Of a stretch of 64,000 bases of DNA, positions 1 to 10,447 are shown piece after piece. Position 1 is the stretch's first letter. Each line of letters starts with the position of its first letter. The notes under the pieces were generated by a model. It had not been told where the DNA came from and searched no databases. It was given only the letters and a program-made list of their open reading frames with translations. The position numbers and the translations under genes were made by a program. Source of the DNA: an uncultured Chloroflexota bacterium (lineage in GTDB: Bacteria > Chloroflexota > Limnocylindria > Limnocylindrales > Limnocylindraceae); assembly GCA_903864185.1 (NCBI GenBank), contig CAIPEX010000032.1:2686-66685 (forward strand), given 5' to 3'.

Positions 1-813
1 GTAGCGCTCAAGCGGCAGATGTTCGAGCGTTGGTCGCAGGTACTGCCCGATCGTCAAGATGTCGCAGTCAACGCTGCGCAGTGCAACGAACGTTGCGCGC
101 AACTCTTCGTGCGTCTCGCCGAGTCCGACCATGATCGAGCTCTTCGTATGCACGGGATTGCCGAGCTCCTGCGCCATCGCTTTCGCGCGTCGCAGCACCT
201 CGAGCGAGCGCTCCCAGCGTGCACGCTTGCGTACCGGCCGCTGCAGGCGCTCTACCGTCTCGATGTTGTGGTCGAGGATATCGGGGGCCGCCTCCATCAC
301 GGCGCGGAGTGGTGCCTCGTCTCCATCAAAGTCGGGGATCAACACCTCGACGCCCGTCCCTGGCGCGAGTCGGCGCATCTCGCGAATCGTTTCGGCAAAG
401 ATCGCGGCACCGCCGTCGGCAAGGTCGTCGCGTGCAACGCTCGTGATCACCACATGATCGAGGTCGAGTGAGGCGAGCGACTCGGCAACGCGGCGCGGCT
501 CGTCGTGGTCGAGGCCGGCGGGTCGACCAGTCTTCACGGCGCAGAAGCCGCACGCGCGCGTGCACGTGTCGCCAAGGATCATCACGGTTGCCGTCCCCTG
601 GTCCCAACACTCGCCGATGTTCGGGCAGTGTGCCTCCTCACAGACGGTGTTCAGGTTTTGCGTGCGCATCAACTGCTTGAGCGCACGGTACCGTTCGCCG
701 CCTGGCACCTTGGAGCGAATCCAATCGGGGTGCCGCTGCATTGGCGCTGGGGCGGCACCGAGCATCGGAAGCTCAGCGCCGACGAGGGAGCCCTTCTCGT
801 TTGGGAGCGCCAT
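1..813 (-). CDS. lipA: Lipoyl synthase (radical SAM); C-terminal part, gene continues beyond window start
   Basis: Reverse-strand translation gives MALPNEKGS...CTRACGFC (Cx3Cx2C radical-SAM motif) plus typical LipA blocks; start ATG overlaps lpd stop (TAATG). Not in the ORF track because it runs off the window edge. Confidence 0.85.
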   Translation of the reverse strand, partial: MALPNEKGSLVGAELPMLGAAPAPMQRHPDWIRSKVPGGERYRALKQLMRTQNLNTVCEEAHCPNIGECWDQGTATVMILGDTCTRACGFCAVKTGRPAGLDHDEPRRVAESLASLDLDHVVITSVARDDLADGGAAIFAETIREMRRLAPGTGVEVLIPDFDGDEAPLRAVMEAAPDILDHNIETVERLQRPVRKRARWERSLEVLRRAKAMAQELGNPVHTKSSIMVGLGETHEELRATFVALRSVDCDILTIGQYLRPTLEHLPLERY

Positions 814-2237
814 TAGAAGTTCACCGAGCGGCCGATCGAGACGAGTGCCGCCTCGCCCACGATTTCGGAGAGTGTCGGGTGTGGATGGGTGGTGCCGCCA
901 AGCTGGCTGGCGGTCGCACCGAGCTCGAGCGCAAGGCTCGCCTCGGCGATCAGGTCGGTCACCTTCGGGCCAACCATGTGCACGCCGAGCACCTCGCCGG
1001 TATCGGCGTGGCGCAGCACCTTGCAGAAGCCGTCGGCATCGCCGCCAACATGCGCCTTGGCGATCGCCAAGAACGGCACCTGCCCTGCAACGAAGGGGAC
1101 GCCGTCACGCTCCAGTTCTTGCGTTGTCGCGCCAACCGAGGCGACCTCGGGGCGGCAGTAGGTTGCGCGGGGCTGCTTCACGTAGCTGATCGCATGGATC
1201 GGTTGTTCGGCGATCGCCTGTGCGGCGATCAGTCCCTCGTGCGCCGCAACGTGGGCGAGTTGCAGGCCACCGATCACATCGCCCACGGCATAGATGTGTG
1301 GGCTTGCCGTGCGCATCTGTGCATCAACCTGGATGAATCCTCGCTCAACCTTCACCCCCGTTGCCTCGAGCCCGAGCGCACCACTATTAGGGACGCGGCC
1401 GGCAGCAACGACGAGAAGATCTGCGGTGAGCGGCTGTGCAGCGCCGCCCTCCATCGGCTCGATCGAAAGTGCAACACCATCTGCACGCTTCGTGAGCGAC
1501 CCCTCAACGATGCGATGTGCAACATGGATGGCGATACCCCTCTTGCCGAATGCTCGCGTCAGCTCCTTTGATGCATCGCGATCTTCTAGTGGCACGAGTG
1601 CAGGGAGCATCTCGACGATCGTCGTCTCGGCGCCAAGGTCGCGGAAGTACGAGGCAAACTCACAGCCGACCGCTCCCCCACCAACAACGATGACGCTGCG
1701 CGGCTTAAACGTTCCGGTGACGATGTCGTCGCTGCTGACGATGATCTGGCCATCCGTCTCGAGCCCTGGAATCTTGCGTACGCTTGAGCCGGTGGCGATC
1801 ACGATGTCGCGCGCCGTAAGGCGGCGCGTCTCTCCGGTCGGCGCACCCGCCTCGTCGAAGATCTGCACCTCGACGGTCGTGTCGTCGATGAACGTTGCGC
1901 GGCCCGCAATAAGCTCGACGCCATTCTTCTTGAAGAGTGATTTGAGGCCGGCATGCATGCGGTTGACGATGCGGTCGCGGCGAGCGGCAACGGTGCCCGT
2001 ATCGACGCCGGTCGCTGGGCTGATCTCAATGCCAAAGTCTGCCGCCTTGCCAATCTTGGCGAGGAGGTCGCCCGTCTCGAGCATCGCCTTGGCAGGGATA
2101 CAGCCCCAGTGGAGGCAGGTGCCGCCGACCTTCGCCTGCTCGATGAGCGTGACCGTGCGGCCGAGCTGCGCGGCACGAAACGCGGCTGCGTAGCCGCCTG
2201 TTCCGCCGCCAATAACGAGGAGATCGTGGTCGGACAT
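813..2237 (-). CDS. lpd: Dihydrolipoyl dehydrogenase (E3)
   Basis: 474 aa; GGGTGGY FAD motif, redox-active disulfide CLHWGCIPAK, full-length similarity to Lpd. Confidence 0.95.
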   Translation of the reverse strand: MSDHDLLVIGGGTGGYAAAFRAAQLGRTVTLIEQAKVGGTCLHWGCIPAKAMLETGDLLAKIGKAADFGIEISPATGVDTGTVAARRDRIVNRMHAGLKSLFKKNGVELIAGRATFIDDTTVEVQIFDEAGAPTGETRRLTARDIVIATGSSVRKIPGLETDGQIIVSSDDIVTGTFKPRSVIVVGGGAVGCEFASYFRDLGAETTIVEMLPALVPLEDRDASKELTRAFGKRGIAIHVAHRIVEGSLTKRADGVALSIEPMEGGAAQPLTADLLVVAAGRVPNSGALGLEATGVKVERGFIQVDAQMRTASPHIYAVGDVIGGLQLAHVAAHEGLIAAQAIAEQPIHAISYVKQPRATYCRPEVASVGATTQELERDGVPFVAGQVPFLAIAKAHVGGDADGFCKVLRHADTGEVLGVHMVGPKVTDLIAEASLALELGATASQLGGTTHPHPTLSEIVGEAALVSIGRSVNF

Positions 2238-2274
2238 AGGAGAATCCTACGCCGCGCTGCTATCCTCCGCCGCC

Positions 2275-2934
2275 ATGGACATTCAGCTGCTTCTCGCCGC
2301 CACCGTTGGAGCCTATCTGGCAGGCTCGATCCCGTTCGGGCTGATCGTGGCGCGCCTCACCGGCGGTCCCGACCCACGATCAATCGGCTCCGGACGCACC
2401 GGCGGCACCAACGCGCTGCGTGCCCTGGGAAGACGACGTGCAGCGGTCGTTGCCGCGGGCGACGTACTGAAGGGGAGCCTCCCCGTCCTCGCGATTCAAA
2501 CCATGACGGCCAGTGCCGCGGCCGATACGGCCAACTGGTGGGTCGTATGCGCCGCGCTCTTCGCCGTACTCGGCTCAACACGCTCGATCTGGGTTGGCTT
2601 TAAGGGCGGTCGAGGGATCGCAACCGGCTTTGGCACCGCGATTGCAATTGCACCACTCGCAATTGTCGCGGTTGCACCCATCTTCTTCGTCTTGATCTGG
2701 CGCACGCGCCTCGTCTCACTCGGCTCACTTGCCGCCGCGGCGCTCTTTGCACCAGTCTCGCTGGGGCTCGAGTTCAGTGCGAACGGAACGATCGGCACCG
2801 CACTCCTTCTCTATTCAATCGTTGGCCCGGCGCTCGTCTGGCTTGCACATGCCGACAACATCAGCCGACTACGCGCTGGAACCGAGCGCGACTTTGATCC
2901 GTCGCTCTTGCAGCGAGACCGTACCGAGCAGTAG
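2275..2934 (+). CDS. plsY: Glycerol-3-phosphate acyltransferase PlsY
   Basis: 219 aa polytopic membrane protein; N-terminal YLAGSIPFGL signature of PlsY. Confidence 0.9.
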   Translation: MDIQLLLAATVGAYLAGSIPFGLIVARLTGGPDPRSIGSGRTGGTNALRALGRRRAAVVAAGDVLKGSLPVLAIQTMTASAAADTANWWVVCAALFAVLGSTRSIWVGFKGGRGIATGFGTAIAIAPLAIVAVAPIFFVLIWRTRLVSLGSLAAAALFAPVSLGLEFSANGTIGTALLLYSIVGPALVWLAHADNISRLRAGTERDFDPSLLQRDRTEQ

Positions 2935-3141
2935 TCAGCGCGCGCGGATGAGCCGCGCGAGAACAAGCAGCGTTACTGCCAGCAACGCCACGGGGACGAG
3001 CGGCAACTTTGCCGTGACGAGCGCAACTCCTGGAACGAGGAGGCTCAGCACCGTCAGACCGAGGACGAGGAGTACGACCGCAAGTAGGATCGCGATCACC
3101 GAGGCGAGCGGGGCCGTTTCGCGCGTGCGACGCCGGCTCAT
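2935..3141 (-). CDS. Small hypothetical membrane protein (about 68 aa, two predicted TM helices)
   Basis: Internal ATG of ORF 2935..3267 overlaps the upstream gene stop as ATGA; hydrophobic 2-TM sequence. No recognisable family. Confidence 0.35.
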   Translation of the reverse strand: MSRRRTRETAPLASVIAILLAVVLLVLGLTVLSLLVPGVALVTAKLPLVPVALLAVTLLVLARLIRAR

Positions 3142-3956
3142 CGCGCAGCAGGATCTGCGTCGGCGGGAAGCTGAATCGGGGCAACCACAATTTCGCCGAG
3201 CATCTTCTGCGCAGCGGGGAGGTGATGCGCGAGGAGCGAGCGGTGGAACAAGAGGCTGATATCGCATCCAGGGGCGCCACGGCGTCGCGCGCCAGACTCT
3301 GGATCGAAGCCGACCGGGCCTTCAACGGCGATGCAGGGGACGCCCGATTCGCGCGCGCGGCGCACGAGATCAACGCCGGCAGCGATCGCCGTCGTAAGGG
3401 GGCGACCGCCATGGCCACCGCCGAGCCCCTCGATGACGAGGGCAACGGCGTCGATCCCAGCACGGAAGTGCGCCGCCTCGCGCATATCTGGCACGCGGAA
3501 GCGGCGAACACCGCGAACAAACTCGAGTCGATCCCATGCGGCGCCAACGGCCCCCTCATCTGGACGGGCGCGCGGCGTGCAGAGCACCACCACCAGATCG
3601 CGACCAGCACCAGCAAGAGCTGGCACCGCCTCAAGTGCTGGCGCGGCGTCGCCACTTGCGCCAACGATGACGAAGATCGGCAGGCTCCCCTCTGGATCGC
3701 GTGCGCGGGCAAGGTCGAGTGCAACCTGCGCAACGGTCGCGCCACCAATGCTCACCGCATCGCGCGTTGAATAGCCGAGTCGTGCCGCCTTCAGCATCAT
3801 TCCGCGCAGCGCGGCGGCGCTCACGGGTGCGAGGCGCTGCTGATACGCCCAGCGCGCGCGATAGGAATCGGCAACTGCCACGACCAGTGCCCGATCTGGC
3901 TCCACGATATGCACGCGAGCACGTGGTGCGGGTTTGGCAAACGTGGGCTTCTTCAT
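3138..3956 (-). CDS. YjeF N-terminal domain protein (NAD(P)H-hydrate epimerase-like) with degenerate Gly-rich motif
   Basis: 272 aa; block order matches the YjeF_N fold (VIVGASGDAAP in place of GNNGGDG; IEGLGGGHGG; IAVEGPVGF resembling VDIPSG). Confidence 0.5.
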   Translation of the reverse strand: MKKPTFAKPAPRARVHIVEPDRALVVAVADSYRARWAYQQRLAPVSAAALRGMMLKAARLGYSTRDAVSIGGATVAQVALDLARARDPEGSLPIFVIVGASGDAAPALEAVPALAGAGRDLVVVLCTPRARPDEGAVGAAWDRLEFVRGVRRFRVPDMREAAHFRAGIDAVALVIEGLGGGHGGRPLTTAIAAGVDLVRRARESGVPCIAVEGPVGFDPESGARRRGAPGCDISLLFHRSLLAHHLPAAQKMLGEIVVAPIQLPADADPAAR

Positions 3957-3996
3957 ACGCTGAGGATAGTCTGCGGCGCGCTCGCGCGCGTGGGGC

Positions 3997-4887
3997 TCAC
4001 GACTTCAGCGCGGCGCGAGGGAGGCGATAGCGACGCGATCCCAACTGCTCAGCGAGCCCATCGCGCACAAGTTGCTCGAGCGCCAGCTCAACGGCGGCCT
4101 TCTCATGAACGCCGCGCGCGCCGGTGATCGAGACTCCCGCTGGACCGGCATCGCGGAGTTCGTCGAGGATGCGCCCGCGCAGCCAGCGGCGCGTTGCAGG
4201 GAACGGTGTTGCGGCAGTGCGACGTGCCGGTGCTGCGAACGTCTCCCCTGCCGATTGGCATGACTTCTTGAGTGGGCAGGCGGCGCAGTCTGGTGCCGTG
4301 CGGCGGCAGACGCGTGCCGCAAGGTCCATCGCAGCCTGCGCCCAGGTGCCGGCAAGCCCAGGCTCGAGCACGTCGCCAAAGGCGTCGGCGGCGATCTGGA
4401 GTTCACGTGGTCGCAACGGTGGAACCGCACCAATGAGTCGCTGCACGATGCGCGCAATATTCACGTCGACAGGGATCGAGCGCCCACCCGCCGTGATCGC
4501 CGCAACGGCGCGCGCCGTGTAGGGGCCGATCCCCGGGAGTTCCATGAGGGCCTCGTGCGTCGATGGCAGGCCGCCGCCCGCTACCGCCTGCTGTGCTGCG
4601 TCGTGTAGTGCGACGGCGCGCCGGTTGTAGCCGAGGCCGCGCCACGCATCGATCACCTCGGCGCGCTCAGCAGCGGCGAGCGCATCAAGCGTGGGGAATC
4701 GTTCAAGGAATCGCTGCGCAAGCTGGTCGACCCGCGAGATCTGCGTCTGCTGCGCCATCACCTCAACGACAAGTACGGCATAGGCGTCGCGTCGCTCGCG
4801 GATCTTCAGTGGTCGCGCCTCTGTTCGGTACCAGTCGAGGAGTGCGGCGGCAACGCGTCGTGCCTGGGCAACGCTCGGTGCGACCAT
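3997..4887 (-). CDS. mutY: A/G-specific adenine DNA glycosylase (HhH-GPD, 4Fe-4S)
   Basis: VEVMAQQTQI, WRGLGYNRRA, LPGIGPYTA and the C-x6-C-x2-C-x5-C cluster. Internal ATG at 4887 chosen; the listed ORF extends to 5208 through a stop-free high-GC stretch overlapping the next gene. Confidence 0.85.
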   Translation of the reverse strand: MVAPSVAQARRVAAALLDWYRTEARPLKIRERRDAYAVLVVEVMAQQTQISRVDQLAQRFLERFPTLDALAAAERAEVIDAWRGLGYNRRAVALHDAAQQAVAGGGLPSTHEALMELPGIGPYTARAVAAITAGGRSIPVDVNIARIVQRLIGAVPPLRPRELQIAADAFGDVLEPGLAGTWAQAAMDLAARVCRRTAPDCAACPLKKSCQSAGETFAAPARRTAATPFPATRRWLRGRILDELRDAGPAGVSITGARGVHEKAAVELALEQLVRDGLAEQLGSRRYRLPRAALKS

Positions 4888-4931
4888 GCGCGCTACTCGT
4901 GGCGCTGGAGCGGCGGCTCGCCGCACGCGAC

Positions 4932-5567
4932 TCAACGCTCTGGAAGCGTTGGCGGAATCCGATGTGCGCGAGCGATCTCGCGCAAGGTTCGCGCCAGTTC
5001 CGCCTGCTCCACCGCGTCGGCGAGAGCATGATGATCTGCAACGAGGTTGGTTGGATACACCTGCCGCACGAAGCGCTTCACCGTCTTTTTCCAGGTGAGG
5101 TTCTCGCCACCGTGAAGTGCGTAGTAGATGCTCTTCAGGTCGACCGCCGACATGCCAAACGGATTGCGCACTCCGGCTTCGGTGAACGCCATCACCAGCC
5201 ACATCCAATCGAATGGTGTGTTGAAGCCGATTAGCAGCGGGCTCGACTCAGGTGCCGTTGCCTCGGCGGTGGTGCGCACCCACTCGGCGAAGTGGCGCAC
5301 GCCCTCAATGCGGTCGATGCCGTGCTCCTCGAGGTGCGCGCGCGTGAGTCGGTGGACTCGCTCCTCTTTATGCCCCCATGCCTTCGCGGGATCGGGCTTC
5401 AACTCCACGTAGAACGTCGTTGCAGGATCGTCGACGAGGCAGGCGCCGATGCTGATGAGGCTCCCGTCGAGCGGAGTCTGGCCAGAGCACTCAACGTCAA
5501 CGCTGAACCAGAGCTCCTGCGGGAGCCCAGGCTCGAACGGTGGCGGGGTGACTGAGTCGTGCTGCAT
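4932..5567 (-). CDS. DEDDh 3'-5' exonuclease (DnaQ/epsilon-like)
   Basis: 211 aa; FSVDVECSG (Exo I), FNTPFDWMW (Exo II) and HHALADA (Exo III) motifs. Confidence 0.8.
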   Translation of the reverse strand: MQHDSVTPPPFEPGLPQELWFSVDVECSGQTPLDGSLISIGACLVDDPATTFYVELKPDPAKAWGHKEERVHRLTRAHLEEHGIDRIEGVRHFAEWVRTTAEATAPESSPLLIGFNTPFDWMWLVMAFTEAGVRNPFGMSAVDLKSIYYALHGGENLTWKKTVKRFVRQVYPTNLVADHHALADAVEQAELARTLREIARAHRIPPTLPER

Positions 5568-5593
5568 TGGTGCAGCCTAGGACATCTGGGCGA

Positions 5594-7018
5594 TCACTCG
5601 CTCCGCAGCATGATGTGCTTGACCACCGTGTAGTCCTCGAGGGCGTACATGGATTGGTCCTTGCCGTAGCCAGACTGCTTAAAGCCACCATGCGGCATCT
5701 CGCTCGCGAGGGTGAAGTGATCGTTCACCCAGACGGTGCCGAACTGGAGCGCCTTGCTCACCTTGAAGGCGCGGGCGATGTCACGCGTCCATAGAGACGA
5801 CGCGAGGCCGAAGCGGCAGTCGTTTGCCCACGCGAGGATCTGATCCTCGTCCTTGGCGCGCTGCACCGAGACGACTGGCCCGAAGACCTCGTCTTGCACG
5901 ATCTCAGAACTCTGCGCAGGTCCGGCGATGATCGTCGGCTTGTAGTAGTTGCCCTTTGCGCGAATCGCTGCGCCGCCAAGGACAACCTCGGCCTTCTTCG
6001 ACGCGCGGTCAACGAATCCTGCGACGCGCGTGCGCTGCGCAGCGCTGATGAGTGGCCCCATCTCGGTTGACTTCGCCGAGGTCGGACCGACCTTGATCGT
6101 CTTCACTTGATCGATCAGCGCAGCAACCAACTTCTCGTAGACCTTCGGTCCAGCGATGATGCGACAGGCTGCGGTGCAGTCTTGGCCAGCGTTCCAGAAG
6201 CTTGCAGCGCGCATCGTCTCGGCGACAAGATTGATATCGGCATCGTCGAACACGAGCACCGGCGCCTTCCCGCCAAGCTCGAGATGGAGGCGCTTCACCG
6301 TGTCTGAACCTGCAGCTGCGATGCGCTTGCCGGTTGCCGTATCGCCAGTGACCGAGACCATCGCAACGCCAGGGTGGCGCGCAAGATAGGAGCCGACATC
6401 TTCACCGGGGCCGGTAATCACATTCAGCACACCTGCTGGGAAGAACTCCTGTGCAAGCACACCAAGCATGAGCGCGGTGATCGGCGTACGTGCCGATGGC
6501 TTCAAGACAACGGTGTTACCAGTGGCGAGTGCCGGGCCAATCTTCCATCCCGCCATGAGGAGCGGGTAGTTCCATGGCGCAATCGAAGCGACGACGCCCA
6601 CGGGATCTCGACGGATCAGGCTCGTGCGCCCTGGCAGGTATTCGGCAACCGCCTTCCCCTCCATGTTGCGCGCAGCGCCAGCGAAGTAGCGGAGGTTGTC
6701 GACGACCGCGTCGACCTCGAGCCCGACGGCGCTGATCGGCTTCCCTGCGTTCTCAGACTCGGCGCGGACGAAGGCGCTCCTCTTTGCCTCAACGGCATCG
6801 GCGAGGCGCAAGAGGGCGAGGCTGCGCTCACCTGGAGTCGTTGCGCTCCATGCTGGAAATGCTGCGGCTGCAGCTGCGACGGCCGCATCGACGTCGGCCT
6901 TACCGCTATGGGGGACTGCGGCGATCTTCACCATCGTCGACGGATCTTCAACGATCAGTGTCTTCCCTGAAACTGCAGCGACAGATCGTCCGTTGATCAC
7001 CTGCTTGTACGTCTTCAT
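5594..7018 (-). CDS. NAD-dependent aldehyde dehydrogenase family protein
   Basis: 474 aa; ELGGKAP, catalytic Cys in GQDCTAAC, typical ALDH blocks. Confidence 0.9.
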   Translation of the reverse strand: MKTYKQVINGRSVAAVSGKTLIVEDPSTMVKIAAVPHSGKADVDAAVAAAAAAFPAWSATTPGERSLALLRLADAVEAKRSAFVRAESENAGKPISAVGLEVDAVVDNLRYFAGAARNMEGKAVAEYLPGRTSLIRRDPVGVVASIAPWNYPLLMAGWKIGPALATGNTVVLKPSARTPITALMLGVLAQEFFPAGVLNVITGPGEDVGSYLARHPGVAMVSVTGDTATGKRIAAAGSDTVKRLHLELGGKAPVLVFDDADINLVAETMRAASFWNAGQDCTAACRIIAGPKVYEKLVAALIDQVKTIKVGPTSAKSTEMGPLISAAQRTRVAGFVDRASKKAEVVLGGAAIRAKGNYYKPTIIAGPAQSSEIVQDEVFGPVVSVQRAKDEDQILAWANDCRFGLASSLWTRDIARAFKVSKALQFGTVWVNDHFTLASEMPHGGFKQSGYGKDQSMYALEDYTVVKHIMLRSE

Positions 7019-7106
7019 ACCGCCTCCTCCATCATGGTCGTCTCGCGACCGATATCGCTAGCCTACCGCTGCTCACGGCGAGGTGTGCGTGCGTGTTCCA
7101 CGCCCC

Positions 7107-7934
7107 TTAGGCGCGCCGACCAATAAAGGTGAGGATGCGGTCGACCGCATCGCGGTAGCGCGTTGTCGCGAAGGGATGGTGGTTGAAACCTTCGAGCGGC
7201 ACATAGTCGATATTCGGCAGGGTGCCGATTGGGCGGCACCATTCTGGGCGCACGAGCTGATCGCCATCGCCGTGAATGACGAGTGTCGGGATTGGGAAGC
7301 GCTCGCCGCGCGCAACGATTGCGCGGGCCTCTTTCTGCGCGGCAAACGCCTCGCCACCGAGACGTGCCGACGAGCTGAGCAGCGTGGCGGGCGCGTCAGG
7401 ATCCTCAACGGGAAGCTGTGCCCCTGGATCTGTGTCGCGCCCGATCCCTGTTGGGATGTAGAGCATTGGCGCGATCCGCGAGAGGAGTGGTGCGGCAAGT
7501 CGCTTCCATGTGGCGATGTTCGCCTCAAGTGCGGGGGCCGAAAGCACGAGGCGGTCTGGCGTGATCATCCCGTGTGCAGCTGCACCAAACGCGATGAGCC
7601 CGCCCATACTGTGGGAGACGATCACGAGCGGGCGCCCTGCGTGTCGAAGGGCGGTCGCCTGCTCTGCGAGGTCTTCGTGGTAGCGCGACCAGGTGCGCAC
7701 ATACATCGAAGGACCGCCGGAGCGGCCGTGCCCGCGTAGATCCCAGGCCACCGTGCGCCAACCTGCCGCCGCAAAGGCGCGCGCCGCCTGCACGTAGCGA
7801 CCGGAGTTCTCGCCGATCCCGTGGCCGAGCAGGAGGTCGCCAAAGGGCTCGCCCGCAGGTTCAAACACCCGTCGGTACAGCACGACACCATCGCTCGCCG
7901 TAAAGGGGTCTAGGAGGGGTCGCTCCGCTTCCAT
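7107..7934 (-). CDS. Alpha/beta hydrolase (lysophospholipase/monoacylglycerol lipase-like)
   Basis: HGIGEN oxyanion region, SHSMGG nucleophile elbow; internal ATG (MEAERPLL) chosen over the long upstream extension. Confidence 0.75.
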   Translation of the reverse strand: MEAERPLLDPFTASDGVVLYRRVFEPAGEPFGDLLLGHGIGENSGRYVQAARAFAAAGWRTVAWDLRGHGRSGGPSMYVRTWSRYHEDLAEQATALRHAGRPLVIVSHSMGGLIAFGAAAHGMITPDRLVLSAPALEANIATWKRLAAPLLSRIAPMLYIPTGIGRDTDPGAQLPVEDPDAPATLLSSSARLGGEAFAAQKEARAIVARGERFPIPTLVIHGDGDQLVRPEWCRPIGTLPNIDYVPLEGFNHHPFATTRYRDAVDRILTFIGRRA

Positions 7935-7991
7935 CGCAGGGATCCTACACTCTGGGTATAGGGTGCGTCGCGCCCAGACTCGGAGGATGCC

Positions 7992-9401
7992 GTGAGCACT
8001 GGTAAGGCAGGGGGCGAGCGTATCGAGCGCGACTCGTTCGGCGAGATTGCCGTTCCAGCAGATCACCTCTGGGGGGCGCAGACCGCCCGCTCACTCCACC
8101 ACTTTGCCATCGGCAACGAGCAGATGCCACTCGGCGTCATCCATGCCCTTGCACTGATCAAGCGTGCGGCCGCAGAGAGCAACGCCGCACTCGGCCTCCT
8201 CGCGCCAGAGACAGCCGACCTGATCATCCGTGCCGCCGACGAGGTTGCGCACGGAGATCACGATGGCGAGTTTCCACTCTCGGTCTGGCAGACCGGCTCC
8301 GGCACGCAGAGCAACATGAACGTTAATGAGGTGATCGCCGCCCGCGCCAATGAGATCGCCACTGGGAAGCGCGGCGGCAAGTCGCCCGTGCACCCAAACG
8401 ATCACGTGAATCTCTCGCAGTCGTCGAATGATGCCTTCCCAACGGCGATGCATATGGCCGGCGTGCGCGCCGTTGAGGCGAGCCTCCTACCGAACCTGCG
8501 CCATCTGGCTGCAATGCTTGACGCGAAGGCGGCCGCCTGGAGCGATATCGTCAAGATTGGTCGGACGCATCTGCAAGATGCAGTGCCGATGACACTCGGG
8601 CAAGAGTTCGGCGCGCACGCTGCTGCGCTGCACGCCGACATCGCACGCATTGAAACTGCAACCGCCGGCCTCTACGAGCTTGCGCTCGGCGGCACCGCAG
8701 TCGGCACCGGCATCAACAGCCATCCAGAATTTAGCGCGCGCACGATTGCCATCATCGCCAAGCAGGCGAAGGTTCCATTTGTTGCTGCGCCGAATCTCTT
8801 CGCAGCGCTCGCAGGGCACGAGCCGATGCTCGCCCTCTCGGCCGCACTGCGCACAAGCGCCGCAACGCTGATGAAGTTGGCGAATGATGTGCGCTGGCTC
8901 GCCTCGGGACCACGCGCTGGACTTGGTGAGTTGAACATCCCCGAGAACGAGCCGGGCTCGTCGATCATGCCGGGGAAGGTGAACCCGACCCAGGCGGAGG
9001 CGCTCACGATGGTGTGCGTGCAGGTCTACGGCCTCGACGCGGCGATCGCCTTCGCAGCGAGCCAGGGGAACTTTCAGTTGAATGTCTTCAAGCCACTGAT
9101 CGCACACAACCTCTTGCAGCAGGTGCGCCTACTCGGCGATGCCGCTCGCTCCTTTGCCGATCACTGCCTTGAAGGCACCGAGCCGAACCGCGATCGGATC
9201 AGCGAGCTGCTCAATGCCTCACTCATGCTGGTGACGGCGCTGACGCCGAAGATTGGCTATGACAAGGCGGCGGAGATCGCAAAGCGTGCGCATGCAGAGG
9301 GGACAACCCTCCGCGCCGCGGCACTCGCATCTGGCTACGTCAGCGCAGACGACTACGACGCGCTCGTCGTGCCTGCGGCGATGACACGACCGACCCGCTA
9401 A
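7992..9401 (+). CDS. fumC: Fumarate hydratase class II
   Basis: 469 aa; [13 protein letters not shown](A)EA signature and an N-terminus typical of FumC; GTG start. Confidence 0.95.
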   Translation: MSTGKAGGERIERDSFGEIAVPADHLWGAQTARSLHHFAIGNEQMPLGVIHALALIKRAAAESNAALGLLAPETADLIIRAADEVAHGDHDGEFPLSVWQTGSGTQSNMNVNEVIAARANEIATGKRGGKSPVHPNDHVNLSQSSNDAFPTAMHMAGVRAVEASLLPNLRHLAAMLDAKAAAWSDIVKIGRTHLQDAVPMTLGQEFGAHAAALHADIARIETATAGLYELALGGTAVGTGINSHPEFSARTIAIIAKQAKVPFVAAPNLFAALAGHEPMLALSAALRTSAATLMKLANDVRWLASGPRAGLGELNIPENEPGSSIMPGKVNPTQAEALTMVCVQVYGLDAAIAFAASQGNFQLNVFKPLIAHNLLQQVRLLGDAARSFADHCLEGTEPNRDRISELLNASLMLVTALTPKIGYDKAAEIAKRAHAEGTTLRAAALASGYVSADDYDALVVPAAMTRPTR

Positions 9402-9403
9402 CG

Positions 9404-10447
9404 ATGCGGATTGGCGTACTCACTGGTGGTGGCGACTGCCCAGGGCTGAATCCTGCGATTCGTGCTGTCGTCGTACGTGCAAGCGCCGCTGGACACGAGG
9501 TGGTCGGCATACTCGATGGCTGGAAGGGGCTCGCGACGCCCGATGCGCCAGCGAGCCGCCCGCTCGATCGCGCAGCGGTCAACGGCATCCATGCCCGCGG
9601 CGGCACGATCCTTGGCTCAAGCCGAACCAACCTCCTCAAGCGCGAGGGTGGCCTTGAAGCCGCAGAGGCGAGCATGCGCGCGCTCGGCCTCGACGCGCTG
9701 ATCGCCATCGGTGGTGACGACACGCTCTCTGTTGCTGCTGGACTCGCAGCGCGCGGGGCAGCAATCACGGCGATCCCCAAGACGATGGACAACGACGTGT
9801 GGGGAACAGAGGGCTGCCTCGGCTTTGACACCGCCGCAAATATCGTGACCGAGGCGATCGACCGCATCCAAACAACAACTGCCTCGCACCATCGCGTCGC
9901 CGTCGTCGAAGTGATGGGGCGCGATGCCGGCTGGGTTGCAGCATGGGGCGGCATCGCTGGTGGCGTCGATGCGATCCTCGTCCCTGAGGTTCCACTCGAT
10001 GCAGTAGGGCTCGATGCGATCATCGCGCGCATTACGGCGCGACGCACCGTTGGAGACGGCTCATCGATCGTCGTTATCTCTGAGGGCGTGAAGCTCCCGG
10101 TGAGCAGCGGCGCCACGACGACCGCGCTCGATGAATTCGGCCACCCGCGCCTCGACAAGGTCGGCGTGGGTGATGCGCTCGCTGAACTGCTTGAGGCGCG
10201 CACCGGCCTCGAGGTGCGCTGCACGCGACTCGGCCACCTGCAACGCGGTGGCGCACCATCTGCCGCCGACCGTGTCCTTGGGGCGCGCTACGGCGTCGCC
10301 GCGGTTGCCGCACTCGAGGCTGGACACTTCGGCGTCATGGTCGCCCTGCGCGCAGGCGCAATCGTCGAGGTGCCCCTTGCGGAAGTTGGCGGGCGCAATC
10401 GCGGTCTCGACCCCGCCTATCACGCCGTCGTTGAGGCGCTCACCTGA
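9404..10447 (+). CDS. pfk: 6-phosphofructokinase
   Basis: 347 aa; MRIGVLTGGGDCPGLN and IGGDDTL...PKTMDNDV motifs; starts 2 nt after the fumC stop. Confidence 0.9.
   Translation: MRIGVLTGGGDCPGLNPAIRAVVVRASAAGHEVVGILDGWKGLATPDAPASRPLDRAAVNGIHARGGTILGSSRTNLLKREGGLEAAEASMRALGLDALIAIGGDDTLSVAAGLAARGAAITAIPKTMDNDVWGTEGCLGFDTAANIVTEAIDRIQTTTASHHRVAVVEVMGRDAGWVAAWGGIAGGVDAILVPEVPLDAVGLDAIIARITARRTVGDGSSIVVISEGVKLPVSSGATTTALDEFGHPRLDKVGVGDALAELLEARTGLEVRCTRLGHLQRGGAPSAADRVLGARYGVAAVAALEAGHFGVMVALRAGAIVEVPLAEVGGRNRGLDPAYHAVVEALT

Noticed and set aside
560-1571. Long plus-strand ORFs (560..1189, 741..1571, 1294..2193) overlapping lipA and lpd
   Set aside because: They are antisense to well-supported genes, Arg/Ala/Pro-rich as expected for wrong-frame high-GC artefacts, and have no recognisable domains.
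4888-5208. Upstream in-frame extension of mutY to a 403-aa ORF
   Set aside because: The extension overlaps the exonuclease gene, lacks MutY homology and is typical stop-free GC-rich sequence; the internal ATG at 4887 gives a canonical-length glycosylase.
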